Positions 51,490 through 61,262 of a stretch of 61,262 nt of DNA are shown here, in pieces (the first letter of the stretch is position 1; every line of letters starts with the position of its first letter). The position numbers were made by a program, and so were the translations under genes. The stretch lies in contig NC_068984.1 of NCBI RefSeq assembly GCF_001194135.2, positions 6,009,446 through 6,070,707 of the forward strand, given 5' to 3'. Under the pieces are notes generated by a model that had not been told where the DNA came from, did no database searches, and was given only the letters and a program-made list of their open reading frames with translations. Source of the stretch: Octopus bimaculoides (taxonomy: Eukaryota).

Positions 51490-52332
51490 CATGCTGCATA
51501 GGCTTGTTTTTTAAAGTCATGCACATGACTGTATCTTTACATTTAGAACATGTAACATGCAGTAGTAAAGCATTGGTGTTTATAACAGAATACTGTATGC
51601 ATATGCAGGCATACGTTTACATCATCATCATTTAATGTCTGCATACCATGCTGGTATGGGTTTGATGGGTCATTACTGCTCTAGTAGAGTGTCAAAAGTC
51701 CATATGTTGGATGCAAGTTTCATTGTTTTTCTAGGCATGAAATCTTCCACAGCTCCACAAACAAAATAAAAATCACAAATAGATTGTCTATTCATTCTGT
51801 TTAATGCCCATTTTAACTTTCTACTTTTGGTTAGAAGGAAGGTAACTGATTAGGATTTTTACTGCCAGATGCTCTTCCTATTACCAATCATCCCGAAGAA
51901 GAGGGGAGTTTTTGTTCAATTAGAATTCAAAAGCAAAGAGCCAATGGATGCATTGCTGCTAAGAAATGACAACAAACATTGATGATTTTAGCTACAAATG
52001 GTGGTATCAACGTTTGGGGCTGTAGCTCAGCATACTTTCATAAGCATTCATATAGATACATGTATGTACACACACACACAAAGAATATGAGGATTTTAGT
52101 TCACTGGTGATCTAAACGAATAGGTACACTGTGTAAGTGCTATAATTGATCATCCATTAGGTTTCAAGTTCACAGCTGAGGCTGGAGCTAGAGACGTTAG
52201 TAGGCTTCCGAGTTAGCAGGTATATATTAGAAGAAAAAGGACAACAAAAGCCAAGGCAGGACAGGTGTTTCAAGTTATTTAGAATATTTAATTAGAGTAA
52301 GGTGAATTTGAAGTAATTAATTAATTATTGGA

Positions 52333-52410
52333 TGTCTAACAGCTGTTTCTGGGATATCCCAAGTTATAGGTTAGCATCTCCATACACTGGATATTCCGTC
52401 ATTAGAGACA
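52333..52410 (-). ncRNA. Hammerhead ribozyme relic (G5 to A in the core) with long helix II and 8-nt palindromic helix III
   Basis: Minus strand reads UGUCU-CUAAUGA-C-GGAAUAUCC..GGAUAUCCC-A-GAA-ACAGCUGU-U-AGACA. Helix I is 5 bp and helix II pairs 8/9. Confidence 0.55.
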
Positions 52411-52572
52411 AGGTATGTATGAAAGTTCTAGACAGGGAATTCACAGTTTATAAACGAATAAAATAGTAGATAGGAGAACAAAGAGTAAAACAATAGATAG
52501 AAGAATACAGACAGGAGAATAAAGTTCACAGCTCATCTTCTCCAGAGGGTATGCATACATACACACACACAC

Positions 52573-52727
52573 AAGATGAGCTTCTTTCAGTCTCCATCAA
52601 CCAAGTTTCACTTACAATGCATTGGTCATTCTGGTGCTACAGCAAAAGTTACTTATGTAAGATGCTACACAGAGGAGCTGAACCTGAAGCAACATGGTTA
52701 TGAAATAAACTTCTTCACCATAGAACA
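52573..52727 (-). mobile_element. Degenerate SINE family B 5' half
   Basis: gagcttctttcagtctccatcaaccaag..gctgaacctgaagcaacatggtt..cttcttcaccatag. Confidence 0.6.
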
Positions 52728-53631
52728 ATGCAATGTGTGAGTGTGTGTATCTGGTGTATGCAGTTAAAAGAGTATTAGATTGAATAGTTCTTGCCAGCAA
52801 CTGCCAGGAAGTTTTATCATCCTCCTCTGATATATATACTGTGTTTTTTAACACAGCACATCTATAAGATATTTTATCTTGAATGCAAACTGCAGTATCT
52901 TGCCCAGCCACAGTGCATATATAGCATAGATGGTTATATGCACATGAGTGTGAATATTACAATTCTCGATTTTTATCTATGCAGTTGGCAGTTTGTATTG
53001 CAATTTCAAAAAGCGTATATGAGAATTCGATTTATTGTGGTAAATGGCACATGTACCTATTTGCAGTGATTCAAAGAAAACAGACAGAAGATAATAAAAG
53101 TGTAATGAAAACTAACAAATCATTGTTCAGACAGTGCAACAGGTTTAGAAAACCATCTGGAGTTCATAACGTTAAAACTGTAAGGAAATGTGCAAGTGCG
53201 GATGGTAATGTAACTGGCAGATGTCATGTTGAAATGAAATATATTACTGAAGACTGTGATTATTTTCATTAACAAATTATAAATGCTGATGAATCAAGAT
53301 TGTTTAGGAAATGAATGTTTAATAAAATTTATTTGGCAAAAAAACAAAAATTACAATCTGATGTTAGAAAGGCTGTTTACACCTGGGAATGTCTAGAATA
53401 AATGATGGGATTGTCAGAGAATAGCATGACTCCCATGATGTGGTCCTCAAGGATAAGGATATTTTTAAGTTTAGAGCGGAATCATGCATACGATGATGAT
53501 TGCCAAAATGGAGTAGATGAGGGTGAGAAGCGAATGAAAGAATTTGCAATTAAAGAACTCGGAACTATTTTTAGAATTTTTGAAGACAGAAAACAGATGA
53601 TAATGAATGCAGAGCTGAAGAGAAATAGAAA

Positions 53632-53671
<40 letters not shown>

Positions 53672-53995
53672 AGAGAGAGAGAGAGAGGGGGGGGAAGCTA
53701 TACAAGTAAAAAGACAAGTTGAAAATGCACTCAGCTCCTATGGAGTCACGTAGAGAATAGAAAAATAAGGAAGATAAAAAAAACGCTTTTAAAATGATTA
53801 TAAGAAGCATTGGAAGCATCGAATTTTTAATTTTTTTTTATTTGGTCACATGCTGATGCAAGTCAATAAACTCATAAAACTGTGTCCAATTGTTTCCTTT
53901 TTTTTTTTTGGTATCAATTTTCATTTGCCTTTTTTATGGAAGTATTTCAGAAATTTTTTTTTGAAGGTCAAGACATTAATTGAGGATTTTAGATC

Positions 53996-54210
53996 ATCAT
54001 CATCATCATGGTTGTTTAACATCCACTTTCCATACTGGCATGGGTTGGATGGTTTGACTGGGGACTGGCGAGCCAGAAGGCTGCACCAGGCTCCAATCTG
54101 ATCTGGCAAAGTTTCTACAGCTGTATGCCCTTCCTAACACCAACCACGCTCAAAAGATGTTTTCTACGTGCTACCTGCACAGGAGCCAGTACGGTGGCAC
54201 TGGTAACGAT
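53996..54210 (-). mobile_element. Repeat family F
   Basis: (atc)n..tttccatactggcatgggttgga..tgcccttcctaacaccaacc..gcacaggagccagt. Confidence 0.78.
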
Positions 54211-54286
54211 GTATTTATGTATTTGATTACTGAGGCTTCACGTACTGGAATATTTCTATGGCATACATAACTGCACTAAACAAATA

Positions 54287-54319
<33 letters not shown>

Positions 54320-54727
54320 NNNNNNNNNNNNNNNNNNNNNNNNNNNNNNNNNNNNNNNNNNNNNNNATATATACATACATACATACATATATACGTATAC
54401 ACACATACACGCACAAACACAAATGCCAGGCATAGATATAATTATCATGATCATCATCATCATTTATTATCCAGCTTCCGTACTGACATGTACCAAATAA
54501 CTTGACTGAAACCATTGAGCTAGAGGACTGTGTAAAGCTCCAATGTCCGCATTATATGTAGGTGTTCCCATATTTATGAACACACACACGTGTGTGTATA
54601 TTTTATTGGTTTCAGTCGGACTGTGGTCATATCTGACACCAAATGGTTTTAGTCAAAGCTGTTTACCACAGTACTAGTATCATTCTGGTGAAGTGATTAA
54701 ATTATAATTATGACAACATACTCATTC

Positions 54728-54937
54728 TTAACCATTTAGCATTCAGATTACTCGGTCAAACGATATACTTATTAATTCACATTTTTTTCAATAATTCATG
54801 CATTATCTCATAGCTTTGAGATTTTGGTGAAGTGATTGCTTATTTTTAGAGAAACATTGTAGGGTAAGTGTGAGAGACTGATTCTGGCCAATTTGAACAT
54901 TAAACAGACATGGCCAGTTGGAATGCTGAAGGGTCAA
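54728..54937. mobile_element. piggyBac-type MITE
   Basis: Left end TTAA-ccatttagcattc; right end reverse complement TTGA-cccttcagcattc. Confidence 0.6.
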
Positions 54938-55981
54938 GTCAGCTGTGATTTGTCTAAATACATAAATATCATCATCATCATCATCACCCTCATTACCGCC
55001 ACCACCACCACCACTATGTATTTATGAGCATTTTCACTAGTTCTGTCCACCAAGACACTAGTTAACTCAATGTTTGTTGCGCAGTGAGACTGCTGCAAAA
55101 AGCCCTGATCCACCAAAATTATTTGGTTAACAGGGGTAAAAGAATATTCTGTTAGAGATATGAGCAAATAAAATAAATAGTTAAGCTGAGCCCCTCTGAT
55201 GGAAAAATAAAATGTATTGGATTTCGTATTTATTAAATCATTACATGTATAATTGGGCCACTAATTATACGTAATTATATCACTAATTATTTTATATTTT
55301 CAAAGCAGAGTTAAGTGAAATACCGAAGGATAGAAAATTATACTTACAGGTGGACAAACTCACACACTCAACATGCCCGATATTCTAATAATTAAAGCAG
55401 GCTAAATAAATAAATAAATAAATGAATGAATAAATAAATAATGGAGTAAAAGACAGAGAATTATATGGTAAAATTACTGAACTGGAGACAGCAAGGTTAT
55501 GAGTTCAAATTTCGCTATAGTCATTGCACATTTCACTCTGTTTATCGTGACTTGATGAAAATAGGTGTCAATTTCATTTCACAGCTTGGTGATTACTGAT
55601 AGGAAATAAAATAAACTCAAAACAAAAATGTACAAAAACAAAACAAAACATAAGCAAGAAAACAAAATACTTGTTGAAACAAGAAAGAAATCAACAAAAA
55701 TTCATAGAAATCTAAATTCAACCATAATAGAAGATGGGGAAAATGGAAGACAATCACTATTGGCATTGAAATGTTAAGGTAAGAATTTCCCCCATTGCCA
55801 TGACACATCAATGGAAAGAAAAAATAAAGACTTAATATAAATAAATGTGTGTGTATGTGTGTGCACGTGCACATACACACGCATATACGCACACACACAC
55901 ACAAGGAAAAGGCAGACCGTGATTTTGAAGTTCAAGAAACATACCATACTAAAAAGTATTGAGTCATCCTTGTATTTAATT

Positions 55982-56019
<38 letters not shown>

Positions 56020-56089
56020 ACATAAAAATGTGCACACATATATATATATAAACAAACAGTTGTGTATGTGTGTGTGCATATATATAGTG

Positions 56090-56436
56090 CCGCCTGACTG
56101 GTTCCCCGTGCCAGTGATACATAAAAAGTACCATCCAAATAAGGCTGATGCCAGCCTCCCCACCCCGACTGGCTCCTGTGCCAGTAGCATGTAAAAAGCA
56201 CCATCTGAATGTGGCCGATGCCAGTGCCACTTGCAAGTTAATTGACACGATCACAAAAATTGCCTGCATCACAATAAAAAGCACCCAGTACACTCTGTAC
56301 AATGTTTAGCATTAGGAAACCATAGCAAGCATATCAAAGCCGACATTGGAGCTCTAGGCAGTCTTCAGGCTCTTTGTCTCCTTTCAAACTGTCCAACCCA
56401 TGCTAGGAGATAGATGTTAAATAAAGATGATGATGT
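56090..56436 (+). mobile_element. Repeat family F with internal ~70-bp tandem duplication
   Basis: gactggttccccgtgccagt..aaaaagtaccatc..gatgccag is repeated as gactggctcctgtgccagt..aaaaagcaccatc..gatgccag. Ends ccaacccatgct..gatgatgatg. Confidence 0.75.
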
Positions 56437-56480
<44 letters not shown>

Positions 56481-56482
<2 letters not shown>

Positions 56483-56832
56483 GCTCTGGGGTCAATCCCA
56501 CAGCATGACAGCATAGCACCTTGGGCAGGTGTCTTCTATAACGACCCCAGGCCAACCAAAGCTTTGTGAGTGAATTTGGTAGACAGAAACTGAAAGAAAC
56601 CTATTGTATAATGTGTGTGTATGTGTGTGTCTTTGTGCTTGTGTTTGCCCCCCAACACCACAATGTTTGTTGGTTTGTTTATGTCCCCATAATTTAGTGG
56701 TTTGACAAAAGAAGCAGATACAATAAGCACTAAGTTTTAAAAATAAGTATTGTAGTTGATTAATCCAACTAAAACCTTTTCAAGGTCGTGCCTCAACATG
56801 ACTGCACTCCAAAGATTGACACAAATGAAAGA
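56481..56832 (+). mobile_element. SINE family B
   Basis: caccttgggcaggtgtcttct..ggtagacagaaactgaaagaaacc..aaggtcgtgcctcaacatgactgca. Confidence 0.85.
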
Positions 56833-56836
56833 TGAG

Positions 56837-56867
<31 letters not shown>

Positions 56868-56935
56868 NNNNNNNNNNNNNNNNNNNNNNNNNNNNNNNNN
56901 NNNNNNNNNNNNNNNNNATATATACATATTGTAAT

Positions 56936-57300
56936 ATTCTTTTATCTGTTTCAGTCATTTGACTGTGGCCATGTTGGAGCAGCGCCTTTAGTCAAACAAA
57001 TTGACCCCCGGACTTATTCTTAGTAAGCCTAGTACTTATTCTATCGGTCTCTTTTGCTGAACCGCTAAGTTACGAGAACATAAACACTCAAACATTGGTT
57101 GTCAAGCGATGGTGGCGGGGAAAAACACAGAAACACAAATATATACATACATACGTATAAATATATATATTCACACACATATATGACAGGCTTCTTTCAG
57201 TTTCCATCTACCAGATCCCCTCACAAGGCTTTGGTCAGCCTGAGACTATAGCAGAAGACACTTGCCCAACATGCCATGAAGTGGGACTGAACTCAGAACC
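56936..57300 (-). mobile_element. SINE family B
   Basis: tttcagtcatttgactgtggccatgttggagc..gtacttattctatcggtctc..agacacttgcccaac. Confidence 0.9.
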
Positions 57301-57357
<57 letters not shown>

Positions 57358-58036
57358 TGCACATATATTTACTCATCTCTGGGCAGTATATGTATGTGTG
57401 TGTACATATTCACACACACACACTTATCTTCCTTTAATGTGTAAACAATTTTTTATACATTTCACTAAGTATAAAGTTTTCTAGAGTTTTCTAAAATTGA
57501 TTATTTTTACCTTTTAACTGTATAAGTCAATCTCTATAGAACAATATAGAAAATCAAATATCTAAGTATATAGGCAGTGTGTGTGGGTGTATATGTGTAT
57601 GCATATATATGTATGCAGATGCGTATAGCTTTCTATATACTCAAAAACTTAATCAGTAATATATTCAAACACATCCATGAACAAAAGCGCATAGATATAC
57701 GCTGTATGTATAGATGGATGTATGTATGTGTGCATGTATGTATTATGTGTGTGTGTGTGTGTGTGTGTGTGCATGTATGTATATATGTATATATGCATGT
57801 GTCTATGAATACAAATCCACAAACAACTACACTGTCAGTGTCTGAGAAGTTGTATGTGTGAATGCATGTATATGTGGTAGTGCATATATATACACACATA
57901 CACACACAGAGCGAAGTGAAGGCATTAATGTAAAGTGAAGTAAGTGGAGAGAAAAAAAAAGAGACAAATAAATGTTAGTTTTTATTTTATTTCTAAAATA
58001 TATATGTATATATATATATATATATATGTGTGTGTA

Positions 58037-58070
<34 letters not shown>

Positions 58071-58483
58071 TTTTGGTGTGTGTGTTCCATTAGCTTAATT
58101 TATTATTCTGTGGAAAGTCACTTTTCTTAACACCATTTCCAGTATTGAACACATTCTGTTGCTATTTAAATATCAAAACGTGTATTAGGTAGCTCGGTTC
58201 TCGCTTCAAACATTCTACTTGTTTGTTTATTTATTGATTTAATTTGTTAACATATGGTTGCTGTATAAATTAGTTAATTGGTAATATAGTTTATACAATA
58301 TATATTTTTATAATCAGTTAATTTGCAATATATATATATATATATATATATATATTACATAAGCACATACACATAATTAGTAAATTCATAATATGGTTTT
58401 TATATATGTATACACACACACACACACACACATAAACAGTTAACTTATATGGCTTACATAACAGACACATATAATATGCATGC

Positions 58484-58527
<44 letters not shown>

Positions 58528-59189
58528 TATAATTTACTCTTTGCCACACCCACACAACAGTTTTACAGTCATGAAACCAGGATTTTCTACACTTGAAGAA
58601 TTTCAGCATTAGTCTGGAATCCAACAGTGTTAATAGCCCAGAACTCAGGTTGTGTGCCTCTCCGGAAATACCCTACCTTTATACTCTACTAGTACATAAG
58701 ATGTGTGTGTGTGTGTGTCTACAAATTTGTCAAATATAATATAACAATCCTAAACACTGGTACAGAACCAAACATGTTACTGGAAAATGTATAAGTAGTG
58801 AACTGAGCCTCCTTTGGAAGGTTGACAGGGAGAAACAAGCTTGGCAAGATTTGAATTTGGATTTAAATGTCTGGAACTAAACACTCTACTGATTCTGTCA
58901 TCTGCTGGTCTCATTAAATTCAAAATAACGAAGTTCAACCCTAATTATGCATTCCTATAATCAAAGACATTCCTGCCATGAGCAATCCGTTCTTTCAGAA
59001 GTTTCTAGAAATAGATTTTTGAGACAGGTGAGTGTAATTTCAAGATGTCACTGCTATTTCTAGCAAGCCAGAAAACTACAGAGAAACGTCAGTCCAGGTG
59101 AGCCTTGATTGAGTAAGTCATGATAAAAGATTTGCCAGCCATGGGCTGTCTCACCTTTTATTCCACCATGAAACATATACATCATTCTA

Positions 59190-59434
59190 TTAACCCTTTT
59201 TGATACCAACCAGCTTGAGACAACCCAGCTCCTATGATACAAATGTCCTATCTCTATCTAAATCAAAACCTTTCATAGGAATTCCCTGTTAATTTATGTT
59301 TCAAACAGCTTAATAATAACTAATTTATTTTACTAAATTCTTCATTATTTTCAAAAACAATTAAAAGAAAAGCAATATATTTTAACAGTAATATGAACCT
59401 ATTGTACACAGTGCTCAGGAAACCAAAGAGTTAA
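59190..59434. mobile_element. piggyBac-type MITE (second family)
   Basis: TTAA-ccctttttg at the left and ccaaagag-TTAA at the right; short imperfect TIRs. Confidence 0.5.
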
Positions 59435-60350
59435 ACAGTGTGTCCTTCCATTTTTAAAGCAACAGTGTGTTATTGAAAAGTAATCTGGCTGCTATATTTA
59501 GAATGTGGTACAAACACATAGAGTCCCCCTCTTCTGCTCATAGTTATTACTATTATTTAGGGTCTCTCGTATCCCATCTCATCATGGAGTATCGACAGCC
59601 TCTAACACAATGGTTGTGCAACTATTTATGTAACCCCTACACAAATAATTGCATGGTTTTATGGCTTCACTCACTCAGTAATCTAGTTTCTGATCATTGA
59701 AACCGAGCAGTGAAGGTACATAACCTCAACTTTGAAAGAACAAATAATAGCTATTAAATGTACTGAGAAACCACACTGTTATCAGACATGTATACGTGTT
59801 CTTACAATACAGATGAAGTGATAAGGCAAGCAACTGGCTAACCAATTCCAGAGGTACTCTAGTAGAAGAGAAATCCACTTTAGATATTTTGTTGTGACTC
59901 AAGACAGAATAATTAGTTGAACATCTGTGTCAGGTAGACATGATGATGAAATAGATATCTGGCTTTTCTTGGGAAGTTATTTGTATTAGACAGGTGTCCA
60001 ACCCAGGGGGAAATATATCTCTTATTTGATTAAGGCTACAAATAGCAGAGTCAGGTAGCAGTGGCACTCTGGAATTATCTGTAATGCACCAGGGAATAAC
60101 ATTAAATATGAGAGGGGGGGTAGAGTGAAAGATAGAGAGAGAGAGAGAGAGAGATGCTCAAATATAAACATACAAAAATACAAGGCTAAAATACTACAAA
60201 TGAACAGTGCATGTGTGTATGTGTATATATATGTACACACACAACTATTTATATGTATATGCAATAAACAAAACCAAAACAAAATAAGACAACAAAAGAA
60301 GTACAACTGTTAACATAAAATGTATTAGTTTAATGTTTAAAAGTAAAGAA

Positions 60351-60386
60351 TCTTAACATTTTGGACATTAGTCCTTCATCAGAAGA
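60351..60386 (-). ncRNA. Minimal hammerhead relic with two CpG-type transitions
   Basis: Minus strand reads UCUU-CUGAUGA-A-GGAC uaau GUCC-aAA-AuGU-U-AAGA. Helices I and II are perfect; only G12 to A and ACGU to AUGU differ from the canonical motif. Confidence 0.6.
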
Positions 60387-60893
60387 AAAGCATAGAAAGG
60401 GTGAGAAACTGGATCAGTGGTTGAGAAGAAAAAAGAAACAAAAAAAGAAAAGGTAAGGGTTTTCAGTGAAGTGGGAATGTGCTTCTATGGAGAGGATATA
60501 AGACAAGTGGAGAGAGTGTGTGTGAGCATATGCATGTATAGGAGTGTATCTGTTTTGAGATGAGCATAGAGGTGTGGGAAAAGTGCATGTGGTTCCTTTG
60601 AGGTGTATGTATGTGTGTAGAAGTGTCAGTTTGTGAGAGTGCATGTGTGTGTCAGGAGAGCATGGAAGTATGACGGTAGAAGTGGACAAAGCTGTGAGGT
60701 AAAAGTGAATATATACACAGCAAGCTTCCATGCAGTTTCTGTTAATTGGGTTATAAGTCAGTTTAAACTGACCATATACTACATTTGCCTACGTTTCTGT
60801 GCTGTAGGGTTGGAGCCAGAACTAGGAACTAGTAATACACTCACAACACATATATATGGATATACATACGTACATATATATACATACATACAT

Positions 60894-60946
<53 letters not shown>

Positions 60947-60948
<2 letters not shown>

Positions 60949-61262
60949 GGGTGATTCAAAAGTCGCAATATAAAGGAACAATTTATCTTTTTATAAGAAA
61001 CAGTTTATAAGAACAGTTTCTTTGTTTTTTCAACAGGCTCTATATGGTTACCATTGTTTTGAATACACATTGCAATACGTTTACTCCACTCATTGTGAAC
61101 TCGTAATAGCACATCTGGTGATACGTGGGCAAAGGAGTTGGTGATGTGTTCCTTCAAATGATTTATGTCTTTCGTCTTTCCACGATACACCATGCCTTTC
61201 AAAATGACCCCAAAAATAGAAATCAAAAGGGGACAGATCAGAGAATCTAGAGGATCTTATAA
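60947..61262 (-). mobile_element. Tc1/mariner-superfamily element, 3' end of transposase plus TIR (runs off the window)
   Basis: Terminus cagggtgattcaaaagtc next to (TA)n. The minus strand encodes FGVILKGMVYRGKTKDINHLKEHI..RVHNEWSKRIAMCIQNNGNHIE, resembling the WG.LK..VY..LK.RI..R...CI...G.H.E C-terminus. Confidence 0.78.

Larger units (their letters stand above)
1231..60946. repeat. Very dense simple repeats: (TA)n, (CA/TG)n, (GA)n, (ATAG)n, (ATAC)n, (ATCC)n, (AAT)n, (ACT)n, (GAT)n
   Basis: Examples: (TTA)n 4734-4832, (ATAG)n 7756-7818, (CT)n 12277-12336, (AAT)n 17478-17538, (TG)n 31830-31905, (TA)n 49851-49930. Nearly all N gaps are flanked by these tracts. Confidence 0.98.
4103..61262 (+). 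other. Probable first coding-region intron of Shal, extending beyond the window
   Basis: Canonical GTGAGT donor at 4103. A by-eye scan of TAYGGN occurrences found no AG+N+TAY GGN GAY ATG GTN CCN. About 6 kb of N gaps could hide an exon. Confidence 0.7.

Noticed and set aside
53050-53270. Cys-rich CXC-like transposon or gene remnant
   Set aside because: It needs several stops and frameshifts to be assumed, so it cannot be supported without a profile search.
13385-59060. Old dispersed repeat (gagatttggctgctatttctagc-like words near 13540, 33230, 38450, 42075, 59050)
   Set aside because: Probably a real family, but too degenerate to give boundaries or a class by eye, so not listed as features.
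35-61010. Most ORF-track entries (poly-YI, HT, CV, X-filled and ER/LS repeats)
   Set aside because: They are translations of microsatellites and N gaps, often from non-ATG starts, with no protein signal.

Overview
AT-rich, microsatellite-saturated eukaryotic genomic DNA with about 19 N gaps (roughly 6 kb). The SINE/LINE content suggests an octopus or other coleoid cephalopod (inference). The only supportable host coding sequence is the large first coding exon of a Shal/Kv4 (KCND) voltage-gated K+ channel (2997-4102, +). It runs from the N-terminus to TMTTLG and ends at a phase-2 GTGAGT donor. I found no exon 2 (YGDMVP) in the sequenced remainder, so the last ~57 kb is probably one giant intron. 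That intron holds several tRNA-derived SINE families, RTE, CR1/L2-like and RLE (R4/Dong-like) LINE 3' ends, a TIR-bounded mariner relic, a Tc1/mariner end and piggyBac-type MITEs. The most interesting signals are: (i) a set of Penelope/retrozyme-type minimal hammerhead ribozyme motifs with palindromic helix III, mostly antisense, one with a complete catalytic core at 20271-20354; (ii) three different RLE retrotransposons stacked head-to-tail in one (AAT)n tract; (iii) an apparent CpG-decay boundary at about 43-44.5 kb; (iv) templated inverted insertions inside the mariner; (v) several long hairpins that are candidate ADAR substrates. All alignments and folds were done by eye, and comparisons with other proteins are from memory.
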